Shown: positions 9,487 through 20,600, numbered from the stretch's first letter. The stretch: DNA of 64,000 bases from Acidobacteriota bacterium (GCA_040755995.1 JBFMAF010000035.1:192001-256000); one strand, 5' to 3'. Notes: generated by a model not told the origin, from the letters alone. A program made the numbers and translations.

Positions 9487-11255
9487 GGCGAGTCATTCCT
9501 TTCGGCGGTCCCCTCCTGTGGCGGCCCCTGGACCGGGAGCTCGATTCTGAAGGTAGTGCCCGCGCCCGGCGCGCTCTCGACGGACACTCGCCCTCCGTGG
9601 TCGCTCACCACTGATTGGACGATTGCCAGGCCGAGACCCGTGCCGTGCGGCTTGCTCGTATAGTACGGAGTGAACAGCCTCGCGCACTCCTCTTTCGACA
9701 GCCCGGCTCCGGTGTCGGCTACATCGAGACGCACGACCTCCCCTTCCCTGCGCGTGCGGACAGTCAACGTTCCTCCCGAAGGCATCGCATCGATGGCGTT
9801 GAGTATCAGGTTCTGCAGGGCGCGCCCAATCAGCCCGGTGTCGCAGCGCATAGTCCTGAGGCTCGGATCGAAGTCGGTCACGGCGTTGATTCGACCGCCC
9901 GCCATTTGCGCCTCGAAGAGCTTCAGCGTCTTCCCGGCGAGCTCGTGGAGATCTGTCGTTTCCGGTCGAGGATGCGGCATCTTGGCAAAGTCGCTGAAGC
10001 GTGCGATGACGGCCTTCAAGTCCGAGAGCTCTGCCAGCAGAGTGCGTGCGCCCTCGTCGAACACCTCATCGAATTCTGCCGGCGCCGATTCCTTGGCGCG
10101 ACGCATGTTCTCGACTGTGATCTGCAGCGGGAAAAGCGGGTTCTTCAGCTCGTGCGCAAGGCGGCGTGCCAGCTCGCGCCACGCCGCCACGCGCTCGGCC
10201 TGCACCAGCCTGTCACGCTGATCGCGGAGCCGCGCGGTCATCTTGTTGAAGGCGTCCGCCAGCTCGCCGATCTCGTCCTTTCGCGAGATATCGACCTTTG
10301 CGTCCCACTGCCCATGGCCGATCTCACGCGCCCCGACCGCAAGCCGCTCGACCGGCCGCGTCACCCAAGCAGCCATCCATGCGCTCAGCAGGGCTCCGAG
10401 CAGCACCCCGATGCCGCCGACGACTGCGCCTGCGAGTCCAATGTCACGCACTAGTCGGGCCAGTTCATGGTGAGCGCTCGTGACGAGGAACACAGCCAGC
10501 ATCTTCCCGTCGCGACCGAACAGCGGAATCGCGTGGACCGTCTCGTCCACGTCGCCCGACCTGATCCGATCCGTCGCTTCCACACCGTCGCTGCGGACGC
10601 GCTCGATCAGGGGATCGAGCTCCGGGAGGCGCGGAGACGCGCCTTCCGGCGTGACCAGCGATGTGAAATCGCTGTAGAGCAGCACGTGGAGATCCGGGGG
10701 AAGCGTGAGCGAGGCCAGGAAGCTCGAACCGAGCGATCGCCCGCCGGTGATGTACAACCGCTTTCCTCCGACGGACATCTCGCGGATGGCGACCAGAGCC
10801 AGAACTGTCTGTTCCGGCAGCTCCTTCTCAGTCAGGAATGCGCGCGCGGTACCGGCGCCTGGCGTTGCCGCTTTGTACCCGAAGCGTGCGGGCCATTCGG
10901 CCGATGAAATGAGCCTGCCGTCCTGGTCCATCAGCTCCAACAGCTCCAGACCGTGAGATCGCGCGAGCATGCCCGCCTCGTGGAGGTAGGTCGAGTAGTC
11001 CGGCTGCGGACGACTCAGCTCGACCGCGATTCGCGTGACAATGTCTTCCTGCGAGACACTTTCGACGCGGCGGGCCACGTCCTCCGCGGATCTCTCGAAC
11101 TCGCGCCGGAACTGCGCCATGGATGTGGCAGTGCGCTGCTCGTCCAGCCGCTCGAACGTGCGGCGCGCCAATGTGGAAACCGCCAGCGTGACCAGGGTCA
11201 CGGTGACGGACACAGCGAGCGCGACAAGCGCGGCCAGTCGAGTGCGGAACCTCAA
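9483..11255 (-). CDS. HAMP-domain sensor histidine kinase (NtrY-like)
   Basis: Two TM segments, HAMP, AWRELARRLAHELKNPLFP, NLILNAIDA, GTGLGLA; TTG start at 11255 with GAGGAG RBS overlapping the upstream stop. Confidence 0.9.
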   Translation of the reverse strand: MRFRTRLAALVALAVSVTVTLVTLAVSTLARRTFERLDEQRTATSMAQFRREFERSAEDVARRVESVSQEDIVTRIAVELSRPQPDYSTYLHEAGMLARSHGLELLELMDQDGRLISSAEWPARFGYKAATPGAGTARAFLTEKELPEQTVLALVAIREMSVGGKRLYITGGRSLGSSFLASLTLPPDLHVLLYSDFTSLVTPEGASPRLPELDPLIERVRSDGVEATDRIRSGDVDETVHAIPLFGRDGKMLAVFLVTSAHHELARLVRDIGLAGAVVGGIGVLLGALLSAWMAAWVTRPVERLAVGAREIGHGQWDAKVDISRKDEIGELADAFNKMTARLRDQRDRLVQAERVAAWRELARRLAHELKNPLFPLQITVENMRRAKESAPAEFDEVFDEGARTLLAELSDLKAVIARFSDFAKMPHPRPETTDLHELAGKTLKLFEAQMAGGRINAVTDFDPSLRTMRCDTGLIGRALQNLILNAIDAMPSGGTLTVRTRREGEVVRLDVADTGAGLSKEECARLFTPYYTSKPHGTGLGLAIVQSVVSDHGGRVSVESAPGAGTTFRIELPVQGPPQEGTAERNDSP

Positions 11256-12643
11256 TTCTCCTCGCTCTCCAACCAGAGGTCCTCGAATCGCCAGGTGCCA
11301 TCCACGGCGAGCCCTCGCGTGTTCCAGCTTCTCACGCGTGTGCTCGAAGCGTAAAGTGCCGGCAGATGGAACAGCGGGATGATCCGGTAGTCCCCCAGCA
11401 GCAGGCTCTCGGCAGCCTGGACGGCCCGGAGCCCGGCAGGCGGCGCCGGGAGTTTTTCGTCGTTCAGCCCCAAGGCTCGAACCATCTCGACGAGCGCCAC
11501 ATCCGGCCGCGGCCCGGGCGTAGGCAGTTGTACGAGGCTCACGTCCGCGCCGGACCGCAGGGTCGATGTGTGGATCGTGATCCCGACCTCGTGCGCATCC
11601 AGGGCGATGCGATCCGCGATGAGCTGCGCGAGCGGATCCGAGCTGTCGCAGGCCAGCGTCAGTGGTGGAACGGGGCTCGCCAGCGACGCGACGAGCTGTC
11701 TGGCTCGATCCAGGTTCTGCGCGGGCGGGTGCAGGAAGGCGAAACCGCTCATCCACTGTGGTAGCACGGCGCACGTAATTTCGCCCTGATTTTGCAACAG
11801 CACGTTGTGGACGGATGACCGGTCCATGGCCAGCGCAACTGCTTCGCGCAGCCGGCGATCCTGAGTCGAAGGCCGCGCGGCATCGAGCAGCAAAGCGACG
11901 AGAACATTCGGCATCGAGCGCCAGATCCTCGCTCCACGCTGGGCAGCAAGACGAACCGCATCGGGCGCGACTTCGACGATCTCCGCCTTGCCTAATTCCA
12001 GGTCCAGCATCTGATCTCGAAGGGACCGCCCCATCTGGATCGAGACCCCGTCGAGGAAAGGCCGGCCGCGCCAGCAGTCGGCGTTGGCGACCAGCTGAAG
12101 ACATGGGCCCGATGAACACCCCGATGTCCGAAAGGGGCCCGTTCCGGCGAGGCGTCCGTCAGGGGCGCGCCGCCAGATCGAGTGCCGGGTGGAGGCCAGC
12201 TCCAGGGGCAAGTCCGGGCGGGGCTGCGGAGTCCGGATCAACACGCTGCCATCGCCAGCCATCACTTCGCAACCTCGTAGAGTGCCGGCGAGCGACTCGA
12301 CGCCGGACGCGGGCGTCAGCTCCGATCCGTCATGGAAACGCACATTGGGGCGAAGGTAGAAGCGCCATCCAAGGCCGTCAGGGTCCTGGGTCCAGGTGAA
12401 CGCCAGGCCAGGCTGCGGCGTTCCGGCATCGTCCAGCTCGACGAGCCTCTCGAAGACGAGCTTCATCAGGCGGTCCTTCGATGCCGATTCCACCGGTGCC
12501 GCGGGCCAGTCCGCCGGGCTCAGGTCGCGGATGATCGTTCGCATCTCCACCCGCAGCGTCCCGCCGTAATGGGGCCGGCACTCGACGATGCCGGCGGCTA
12601 GCGAGCTAGCGACCACAATCAACCGAAAGCATGTATGCTTCAT
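11252..12643 (-). CDS. ABC-type substrate-binding protein, family 5-like (no permease genes adjacent)
   Basis: RPHYGGTLRV, PQPGLAFTW...WRFYLRPNVRFHDGSELT, GTGPF, RLREAVALAMDR, IIPLFH. Confidence 0.8.
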   Translation of the reverse strand: MKHTCFRLIVVASSLAAGIVECRPHYGGTLRVEMRTIIRDLSPADWPAAPVESASKDRLMKLVFERLVELDDAGTPQPGLAFTWTQDPDGLGWRFYLRPNVRFHDGSELTPASGVESLAGTLRGCEVMAGDGSVLIRTPQPRPDLPLELASTRHSIWRRAPDGRLAGTGPFRTSGCSSGPCLQLVANADCWRGRPFLDGVSIQMGRSLRDQMLDLELGKAEIVEVAPDAVRLAAQRGARIWRSMPNVLVALLLDAARPSTQDRRLREAVALAMDRSSVHNVLLQNQGEITCAVLPQWMSGFAFLHPPAQNLDRARQLVASLASPVPPLTLACDSSDPLAQLIADRIALDAHEVGITIHTSTLRSGADVSLVQLPTPGPRPDVALVEMVRALGLNDEKLPAPPAGLRAVQAAESLLLGDYRIIPLFHLPALYASSTRVRSWNTRGLAVDGTWRFEDLWLESEEN

Positions 12644-13781
12644 ATGTGCCTGTGTCAACATCGAAGACCACAACGACGGCGTTGTCGCGTGTCGTCGTCG
12701 ACCACAGTGCCGTGACGACGCCTGGCAGCTTAATCGGCGAAGTGACTGCTACGGCCCGCAGGTCTGGTATCTCGAACGCCTGAACGGTGTCGTAGTCACT
12801 CGCTCCGCGCGGCAGCGTGACGACCACCTGCTCCCCGCACGACGTCTTGATGCCCGCGACGTCGTCTCCCCATGCATGGAACGCGGCCACCCGCTTGAGC
12901 GTCCTGTCCAAGATGTGGGCGGTGCCCTCCTGCCCCGCCAGGATCAAGAAGGATTGGCCGGCGGAGCTCGTCCGAGCCCCGGAATAGAACGGCGGCAGAT
13001 TCTCACGTTCGAAGAAATTCCGCCCGGGTGCCAGCCCGGCGCCGTCGATATCGAGCGGCCAATCCGCGTCGCCTGCGATGCAGTCCATTCCAAGCGACGG
13101 ATCGACCGTGCCGGCGCAATGCTGCCCGGGAAGATAGACACGGAAAGAGCTGCCTTCAATGATCAGGCGCCCGCGAGGATCGCGGATCAGGGCGGCGCTC
13201 TGCGGCAGAGGAAGGAGTTGTCCGATTTCCCACCGGTCTTCTTTCCGTTTGTAGAGAGACACGTTCGCAGGGTCCAGGACCAACAGCCTCTCGCCGATGG
13301 GGACGACGTCGAGAATGGGATAGCTTTGGCGAAAAAGAGGGTGCAGATTGAGCGCGAGCCGGAGTGGTGCAGCCGGTGAGCTTTCGCGCTGAGTCCGTGG
13401 CCACTCGGACACGTATGTGCGGCCGGCCTCGTCAGTCTGTGTCTGGGCTATCAGGACGAAGCCCATCATGTTCTCGCTGATGGCGAGGCGCAAGGCCGAT
13501 GGCAGAGCCGATTCGCCATCGTGCGTCGTGAGCCGCCCTCGCAGCTCTGCTTCGAACGCTTCCCGGACGACTCGGACATCGGCCTCACCGAGCGAAGACA
13601 TGTTCGTCACAGTCAGCGTCCAGCGTTCAGTCTCGGCCGCCTGCTGTAGGATCTGGCGGGCTAGCTCCATGGCACACCGCTGGAGAGCCGATTCCTCAGC
13701 CATCAGCGTGCCTGCGACGGATAGCGCGATCGCCAGGGTGAGGGCCCATCGAGGCCGGGAAGTGCGCTGTCCGATCATCAC
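12606..13781 (-). CDS. Secreted hypothetical protein, first gene of the SBP-HK-RR operon
   Basis: 391-aa ORF with signal peptide; 3' end overlaps the SBP start. Confidence 0.7.
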   Translation of the reverse strand: MMIGQRTSRPRWALTLAIALSVAGTLMAEESALQRCAMELARQILQQAAETERWTLTVTNMSSLGEADVRVVREAFEAELRGRLTTHDGESALPSALRLAISENMMGFVLIAQTQTDEAGRTYVSEWPRTQRESSPAAPLRLALNLHPLFRQSYPILDVVPIGERLLVLDPANVSLYKRKEDRWEIGQLLPLPQSAALIRDPRGRLIIEGSSFRVYLPGQHCAGTVDPSLGMDCIAGDADWPLDIDGAGLAPGRNFFERENLPPFYSGARTSSAGQSFLILAGQEGTAHILDRTLKRVAAFHAWGDDVAGIKTSCGEQVVVTLPRGASDYDTVQAFEIPDLRAVAVTSPIKLPGVVTALWSTTTRDNAVVVVFDVDTGTYEAYMLSVDCGR

Positions 13782-13910
13782 AACGCTTCATGATAGCACA
13801 GCGGATTGCATCGCCGGCGCCGGACTGGAGTCCTGTTGCCAGCGAGGTAGACTCGACTGCCGGGTCGGTCGCCGTCCACCGGATTTTCGTGAAAAAGAAC
13901 CCCGTACCGC

Positions 13911-13939
13911 TTGACCCTGGCCCAGCACGCGCTTATATC
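13911..13939 (+). promoter_or_regulatory. Possible sigma70 promoter for the 14007 gene
   Basis: TTGACC-N17-TATATC about 70 nt upstream of the start. Confidence 0.35.
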
Positions 13940-14006
13940 TTGTGCAGGAGGCGTACTCATTGCTGCGTGCAGTCAGGAGCACGTGCGCTCCGAGAGGAGG
14001 GAGATC

Positions 14007-14609
14007 ATGATAGGTCATCGTCGGGCTCCATCGTTCGTCGTCGCGGTCCTGGTCGTCGCCTTCGTGATGGTTGCCGCGGGGTGGCTGGGCGCCGAGACAT
14101 ATCCCGTCAGGCTCCGAAACGTCTCAGGCCTCTCCGTGGATTTCGCGCTGGGCGACGGCCCGGTGTTCACCGGCACCTCCTGGGTCGTGCTCGGGGATTG
14201 GCACACCACGGTGTTGCATGTGAAGCCTGAGCAGTATCTCTTCTATCGCTACCATGGCAGAACCACCGGGTGGCGTCACTTCCAGCTCGGCAAGCAAGCC
14301 GGCAACAACCCGAGCTGGCGATTCACGTCCGGAAGCTACTACTTCCCGACGCTTCAGAAAGACCCGGCCAATGTCATCAACATCAACGGCGCCTGGAAGA
14401 TGGGCGGTCCGTACAATGTAGGCATGCCGTGCAAGATCATCCAGAAGGGCACTGTCCTCACCTTCATCAACGAGAACGGAAACAAGGCCCGCGGCTATTA
14501 CAAGGACGCAAACACGGTCATCGCGATCGAATGGAACAACCTGTACGGAGACATAACCGCCGACGGCAAGCGCATCAACTGGCGTAACAAGACCTGGTGG
14601 ATTCGATAG
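14007..14609 (+). CDS. Secreted hypothetical protein (beta-rich, Trp/Gly/Asn-rich)
   Basis: GGAGGG RBS, signal peptide, GC3-biased codons. Confidence 0.75.
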   Translation: MIGHRRAPSFVVAVLVVAFVMVAAGWLGAETYPVRLRNVSGLSVDFALGDGPVFTGTSWVVLGDWHTTVLHVKPEQYLFYRYHGRTTGWRHFQLGKQAGNNPSWRFTSGSYYFPTLQKDPANVININGAWKMGGPYNVGMPCKIIQKGTVLTFINENGNKARGYYKDANTVIAIEWNNLYGDITADGKRINWRNKTWWIR

Positions 14610-14766
14610 CGCGGTGGAGCCGCGGGCTGAGTTCGTCTTGGGGTCCATGCCGCCTCGATCTTCGGCCGTTGGCGCCGCTGCCAGCACGTCGAACTGCGCC
14701 GACTGACGAGCGCGCCGGAGGCGCCAGCAGGACCCGCTGTCGCCTCCGGGCGCGCTGCCGTCCGGG

Positions 14767-16071
14767 TCAGCGGCGGCGATTGTCGTCGTCCGAGCTCGAG
14801 CCGAACCCCAGCGGGGTGGCGCGGAGCACGTCGTTGGCGAAGAAGAACTTGCCGTCGGACGGGACCATCATGATCTGGACCTTGTCGGAGAGCCTCTCGG
14901 CGATGATCTTCTGAATCAGCAGCGGGTTCTGCTTCAGCACCTCGGCCTCCGAACGCATCCGCTCGGCATCGGCCGCGGCGATCGTGCGAATGCGGACCCC
15001 TTCGACCTCGGCCATGATCTTCGCCTTCTCGGCCTCGGCCTTGCTGTCGATGAGCTTGGCCTGGGCGGCGGCTTCGGCATTCTTGATCGTCGATTCCTTC
15101 TTGGCCTCGGCTTCGAGTCGTGTCTGCTGGATTTGCTTCTCCTTGAGCGGCAGGGTGTATTGCATCGCATCAGACTGCGACTTGGCCTGCAGCACGGCCA
15201 CTTGCGCTGCGGCCTCGGCCTTCTTCACCTCGCGCGCTTTGGCCGCCTCGGCCTCCAGCTCGGCCGTTCGCACCTGCTTCTGCTTCACCTCGATCTCGAG
15301 TCCGATCCGGTCGTTCTCCTGCTCCATCACGAGCAGCGCCTCCATGCCCTGCGCGTACTGATGTGGGAGCACGATGTCGCGCAGCATGACCTCCTTGACC
15401 ACGATCCCGTCGGCCGCCAGCTTCTTCACGATCATGGAGGCAGCGGTCTTGCGTACCTCCTCTCTCTTCACCGCGAACACATCGCGCACCAGGTAGTTCG
15501 GAACGACTTCGCGAAACGCCGTCGTCACCACGGGCAGCACAATTTCCTGCTCGACCGGCTGCGGCAGGCTTGCATGAACGTAGTCCAGGCGCCCCGGATC
15601 GAGCCGGTATCGAACGGTGATCCCCAGGCCGACAGCCAGGCCCTCGCGTGTCTGCACCTGCAAAGCATCGGGCAGCTTCTGGCCTGGACCTCCGGTCGAG
15701 TAGACCTGATCACGGATGTTGAACAGCTCGACTCGATGGACCAGCGGCCACACGAGGTGAGTGCCTGGATGGAGGGTGCCAGGGAGAGTTCCCGAGACCT
15801 CGCTGACGCGGACCCCTGCCATTCCGCTCGGCACAACCACGATGCTCGATGCGGCAAGGAAGCAGAGGCAGGCCAGAGCCACGAGGACAGCCGGCGACTT
15901 CCAGCGAATGCATCTCGCGGGAGTGGCCTCGCCTGCTACCACCTCCGCGTGCTTCAGCCGGGCGACGAAGCCCGACATGAACTTCCAGTAGACATCCCAG
16001 GCGACGAGCCCTATGGCCGTCGCGATGAGCACGAAACCACCATAGACCAGCAGGTTCACGAGCAGTGACAT
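14767..16071 (-). CDS. SPFH/Band-7/prohibitin-domain membrane protein with coiled-coil tail
   Basis: Two N-terminal TMs, VVPSGMAGVRV..PGTHLVWP, VQTREGL.VGL.ITVRY, long AEA/KA-rich coil; GGAGGGAGG RBS. Confidence 0.9.
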   Translation of the reverse strand: MSLLVNLLVYGGFVLIATAIGLVAWDVYWKFMSGFVARLKHAEVVAGEATPARCIRWKSPAVLVALACLCFLAASSIVVVPSGMAGVRVSEVSGTLPGTLHPGTHLVWPLVHRVELFNIRDQVYSTGGPGQKLPDALQVQTREGLAVGLGITVRYRLDPGRLDYVHASLPQPVEQEIVLPVVTTAFREVVPNYLVRDVFAVKREEVRKTAASMIVKKLAADGIVVKEVMLRDIVLPHQYAQGMEALLVMEQENDRIGLEIEVKQKQVRTAELEAEAAKAREVKKAEAAAQVAVLQAKSQSDAMQYTLPLKEKQIQQTRLEAEAKKESTIKNAEAAAQAKLIDSKAEAEKAKIMAEVEGVRIRTIAAADAERMRSEAEVLKQNPLLIQKIIAERLSDKVQIMMVPSDGKFFFANDVLRATPLGFGSSSDDDNRRR

Positions 16072-16114
16072 GACCTCCCTCCTTTCTTTCTCAAACGGAC
16101 AGCGCGTCCCTGGA

Positions 16115-16273
16115 TCAGTGTTTGGAAGCGGCTCGCCGCGAGGCGTCTCGGGACGCCGGATGGAGCACGCCCTTCGACAAGCCGCTCAGAAGCACAATCG
16201 AGATCGGCAGCGCCACCAGCAGAGACATCAGCACCGCCGTACATGCCAGGACCAGGCCGGGTAGTTCTTCCAT
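16115..16273 (-). CDS. Small (52 aa) single-TM protein, below the ORF-track cutoff
   Basis: AAAGGAGG RBS then MEELPGLVLACTAVLMSLLVALPISIVLLSGLSKGVLHPASRDASRRAASKH*; lies between the sigma54 site and the SPFH gene. Confidence 0.65.
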   Translation of the reverse strand: MEELPGLVLACTAVLMSLLVALPISIVLLSGLSKGVLHPASRDASRRAASKH

Positions 16274-16344
16274 CGGGGCCTCCTTTCACTCTGTCGCTCA
16301 GCCTTGCCATTCGAACTCCCTCCGATCGCTCTCGATGACATGGG

Positions 16345-16361
16345 ATGCAACAGCGATGCCA
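16345..16361 (-). promoter_or_regulatory. Sigma54 (-24/-12) promoter
   Basis: Minus strand TGGCATCGCTGTTGCAT = GG-N10-GC, close to the TGGCAC-N5-TTGCW consensus, about 70 nt before the small ORF. Confidence 0.7.
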
Positions 16362-16606
16362 CCGTCATCCCGGCGCGCAGTCAGTGAGTTAGGGGCCTGA
16401 TGTGTGCGCCCGGCCACGCGGCTGTGTCAGGCTTGACTCGGACGCGTTGGCCCACATCGGGGCGTACGGTGTGCGCCCCATGGCCGAGAGAGGTGCACCG
16501 CCCCGGGCCAACGAGCGGGGCAAACCGAATGAACAAACCGACCGCCGGAGGCGTATAGGTGTTTGAGCGGCAGATGGACGCGAGTTTCTGGCAGGAGGTT
16601 GTGCAA

Positions 16607-17689
16607 GTGATCAAGAGACATCGCCTGATGGTCGGTTTGATTGTGCTGCTGATAGCAGCTGTGGGAGTGTTCTTCGCTCTGAGGTACTCACAGGCCGCAT
16701 CGGCATCTACCAAGGGGAACTCAGAGAAGGGCGCAGCGCAGGAGAAGAGGCTGCCGGTGGAGGTCGTCAATGCAAAGCGGGGCACGATCAGCAGCTCCAT
16801 CGTGACTACGGCGAGCCTCGAGGCGTACCGCCAGGTAACGATGATTGCGGAGGCCCAAGGGGTGGTCGAGGAATTCCTTGTGGACGAAGGCAACGCAGTC
16901 AGAGAGGGGCAGGTGCTGGCCCGGTTGCGCAATGCGGACAAGCAGGCGGCTCTGCAGAAGGCCGAGATCCATGTGCGGAATGCGAAGATCGAGCTCGATC
17001 GCAAGCAGCGCTCGTACGATCAGAGCCTCATCACGGCGGCGGAATTTGACGCTGCCAGGTACGCCATGGACACGGCCGAGGCAGAGCTGAAGGCGGCGCA
17101 GGTGGAAGTCGACCACTGCATGATCCGGGCGCCGTTCTCGGGCACGATCACTGAGCGCTACATCGAGAAGGGACAGAACGTGAATCCCGGCCAGAACCTC
17201 TTCACGCTCGTCGATCGCACTCCCTTGCGGGCCAGAATCTACCTGCCGGAGAAGGAAGTGTTCGCCCTCAAGCTCGACCAGCCCGTGGACCTGTCGCTGA
17301 ATTCGCAGAAAGATGTCGCCTTCAAGGGCGTGATCCGGCAGATAAACCCGGCCGTGGATCCCAGGACCGGAACCGTGAAGGTGACGGTGGAGATCGCGCA
17401 GGCTCCGGAGCAGATTCGCCCCGGCTCGTTCGTGGATGTGCAGCTCGTCACGCAGCAGCACACCGATTCGCTGCTCGTGCCGAAGAAAGCCATTCTGGAA
17501 GAGGCAGGCGAGCAGTACCTGTTCTTGATCAACAAGGGAGTCGCGACGCGGAAGACGGTCGAGATCGGCTTTGTCAATGGCCAGTATGCCGAGGTGCTCT
17601 CGGGGGTGAACGCCGGCGACACGGTCGTGATCGCCGGGCAGGGCTCGCTGCGCGACGGCAGCAAGACCGAGACCGTGGCGACCCGTTGA
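16607..17689 (+). CDS. RND efflux periplasmic adaptor (membrane fusion protein)
   Basis: N-terminal TM, VDEGNAVREGQVLARL, IRAPFSGTI, INPAVDPRTGT, IRPGSFV; AGGAGG RBS. Confidence 0.93.
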   Translation: MIKRHRLMVGLIVLLIAAVGVFFALRYSQAASASTKGNSEKGAAQEKRLPVEVVNAKRGTISSSIVTTASLEAYRQVTMIAEAQGVVEEFLVDEGNAVREGQVLARLRNADKQAALQKAEIHVRNAKIELDRKQRSYDQSLITAAEFDAARYAMDTAEAELKAAQVEVDHCMIRAPFSGTITERYIEKGQNVNPGQNLFTLVDRTPLRARIYLPEKEVFALKLDQPVDLSLNSQKDVAFKGVIRQINPAVDPRTGTVKVTVEIAQAPEQIRPGSFVDVQLVTQQHTDSLLVPKKAILEEAGEQYLFLINKGVATRKTVEIGFVNGQYAEVLSGVNAGDTVVIAGQGSLRDGSKTETVATR

Positions 17690-17699
17690 GGCGCCTCCC

Positions 17700-20600
17700 A
17701 TGAAGATTGCCGAGATCTCCATCCGGCGCCCGGTCACGGTCGGGATGATCACAGTCGCCGTCCTGATGTTCGGGCTGGTCGCCTTCGGGCGCCTGCCCCT
17801 CAACCTACTCCCCGACATCTCCTACCCGAGCCTCACGGTCGAAACCAAGTACTCGCAGGCCGCGCCCAACGAGGTCGAGAACCTGGTGACGAAGCCGATC
17901 GAAGAGGCGGTTGCCGTAGTGTCCGGGGTGCAGCGCATTACCAGCCGCTCGCGCGCCGGCGTTTCTGAAGTGATCATGGAGTTCGGCTGGGGCACCAACA
18001 TGGACTTCGCCTCCCTGGACGTCCGCGAGAAGATCGACCTGGTCCAGCTGCCGCGCGACTCCGAGAAGCCCAACGTGCTCCGCTTCGACCCGTCCAACGA
18101 CCCGATACTGCGGGTGATCTTGAGCGGCGGGTCGAACCTGGTCGAGCTGCGCCTGTTTGCGGACAAGACGATCAAGAAGGACCTCGAGTCGCTCGACGGC
18201 ATCGCAGCCGTGAAGATCAACGGAGGTCTCGAAGAGGAGATCCAGGTACACCTCGACGAGACCAGGGTCGCCCAGCTCGGACTTACCGTCGACGACGTCT
18301 CCAACACCCTGGCGCGCAACAACATCAACATCGCCGGCGGCAGCCTGTACGAGAACGAAGCCCGGTATCTTGTCCGCACGCTCAACGAGTTCCAGACCGT
18401 CGCCGAGCTCAACGACCTCATCGTCAGGGAAGACGGCGGCAAGCGAATACTCTTGAAGGACGTGGCATCGATCGAGCGCGGCACGAAGGAGCGCGAGGTT
18501 GTTACGCGGATCAACGGCCAGGAGGGGGTGGAGCTCGCGATCTTCAAGGAGGGCGATGCCAACACCGTGCAGGTGGCCAGGGCGGCCAAGGAGCGGTTGA
18601 ACGCCATCGAAAAGAGCACCGAGTCCTCCCAGAACAAGATCAACATGGACGTGATGTTCGATCAGTCAAAGTTCATCGAACAGGCGATCGGCGAGGTCCG
18701 CAGCAACGCGATCCTCGGCGGCTTCATCGCGGTGTTCATCCTGTTCTTCTTCCTGAAGGAGTTCCGATCGACCGTCATCATCGGCTTTTCAATCCCTCTC
18801 TCTATCATTGCCACCTTCTTCGTGATGTACCAGCTCGGCATCAAGCTCAACATCATGTCTCTCGGCGGGCTGGCCCTCGGCGTCGGGATGCTTGTCGACG
18901 ACGCGATCGTCGTGCTGGAGTCCGTCGTGCGCCACTACAAGATGGGGAAACCTCTGGCGATCGCCGCCTACGACGGCACCAAGGAAGTGGGCCTGGCCGT
19001 GACCGCCAGCACACTTACTACAGTCGTAGTGTTCTTGCCCATCTCCTTCATCGAAGGGATCGGCGGGCAGCTCTTCAAGGACCTGGCGGTGACCGTCACC
19101 GTCTCGCTGCTCGTGTCGATGATTTCAGCGTTCGCACTGATTCCGATGCTTTTTTCGCGCGGTGTCGAGCAGGCGCAGGCGAACCCGCGGCAATACCGCA
19201 ATCGGTGGAGTCGCGGCTTCTTCCAGACTGGGCCGGTAGCGGCGATGGGATTCATCCGGAGAGCGTCTGCCGGCGCAGGGGGTGTTTTCCAGAAGGTGAT
19301 ATCGCCCGTCGTGCGGCTGATCGATTCGGGGCTGGGTATGTTCTACCGGAGGTATCCGGCTGTGCTGAGGAGCGCGCTGCGCCACCGGCTGACGGTGCTG
19401 GGGGCGGCCCTGGCGCTGGTGGTGCTCTCGGTGGCGCTCCTCGGGAGGCTCGGTGTCGAGCTGATCCCGCCGATCAGCCAGGGGGAGTTCAGCTTCGAGG
19501 TCAGCCTGCCGGAGGGAACGCCGCTCCCCCGGACCGAGGCCACGATGAAGAGCATCGAGGCCAAGGTGCGCGCTCTGCCCGAGGTGGATACCTGCATGAT
19601 CCTGGTCGGCCGGAACGCCAACGTGAGCTGGACGTCGGCCGAGTCCTACGAGAACTCGGCGGTCGTCAACATCAAGGTGAAGGGCGCGAAGGACATGAAG
19701 GTTGCCGAGAACCAGGCGGCAGACGATATCCGCGGGATTCTGGAACGGTATCCCGATCTGCAGTACAAGCTGCAGCGTCCGAGCCTCTTCAGCTTCCGCA
19801 CGCCGATCGAGGTCGAAGTGTACGGCGACGAGCTGGGAGCGACGAGCGCTGCCGCGCGGACGCTGGAAGGCAAGCTGAAGAACATCGCGGGGCTGACCGA
19901 CCTGAAGTCGAGCTGGGAAGAGGGCTCGCCCGAGGCGCACGTGGTTTTCAACCGCGACCAGCTTTCGCGGTACAACCTCAACCTCGAAGACGTGGCCACC
20001 ACGCTCAAGAACAAGGTGATGGGGGCGGTGGCGAGCGCGTTCCGCCAGGGGGATGACCAGATCGACATCCGTGTTTGGAACGCCGCTCAGTACCGGAGCT
20101 CGATCGAGGACCTGCAGAACATGACCATCGCGGAGATCAACGGACGGCCGGTGCCGCTCAGCGCGGTGGCATCGGTCCAGAGCGGGCGGGGACCGAACGA
20201 GATCCGGCGCATCAATCAGAAGCGCGCGATCGTGGTGTCGGCCAACCTGAGCGGGGCGAGCCTGGGCAGGGTCTCGCGCGAGATCGAGCAGGTCATACAG
20301 TCTGCCGACATGCCGTCGAAGGTGACAGCGGTGCTGGGCGGGCAGAACGAGGAACTGCAGCGCTCGTTCCGCTCGCTCTATCTGGTAGCCGGGCTCTCGA
20401 TATTTCTCGTCTACTTCGTCATGGCCGCTCAATTCGAGTCGCTCAAACAGCCGTTCATCCTGATGTTCACGGTGCCGCTCGCGGTGATCGGAATCGCGTG
20501 GATCTTGTGGGTAACGCGAGTTGACATCAGCGTCATCGTCTTCATGGGATTCATCGTCCTGGCGGGGATCGTCGTCAAGAACGGGATCATCCTCGTGGAC

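Noticed and set aside
11256..12119. N-terminal extension of the 878-aa kinase ORF
   Set aside because: Overlaps the SBP gene in another frame; a TTG start with RBS at 11255 explains the kinase
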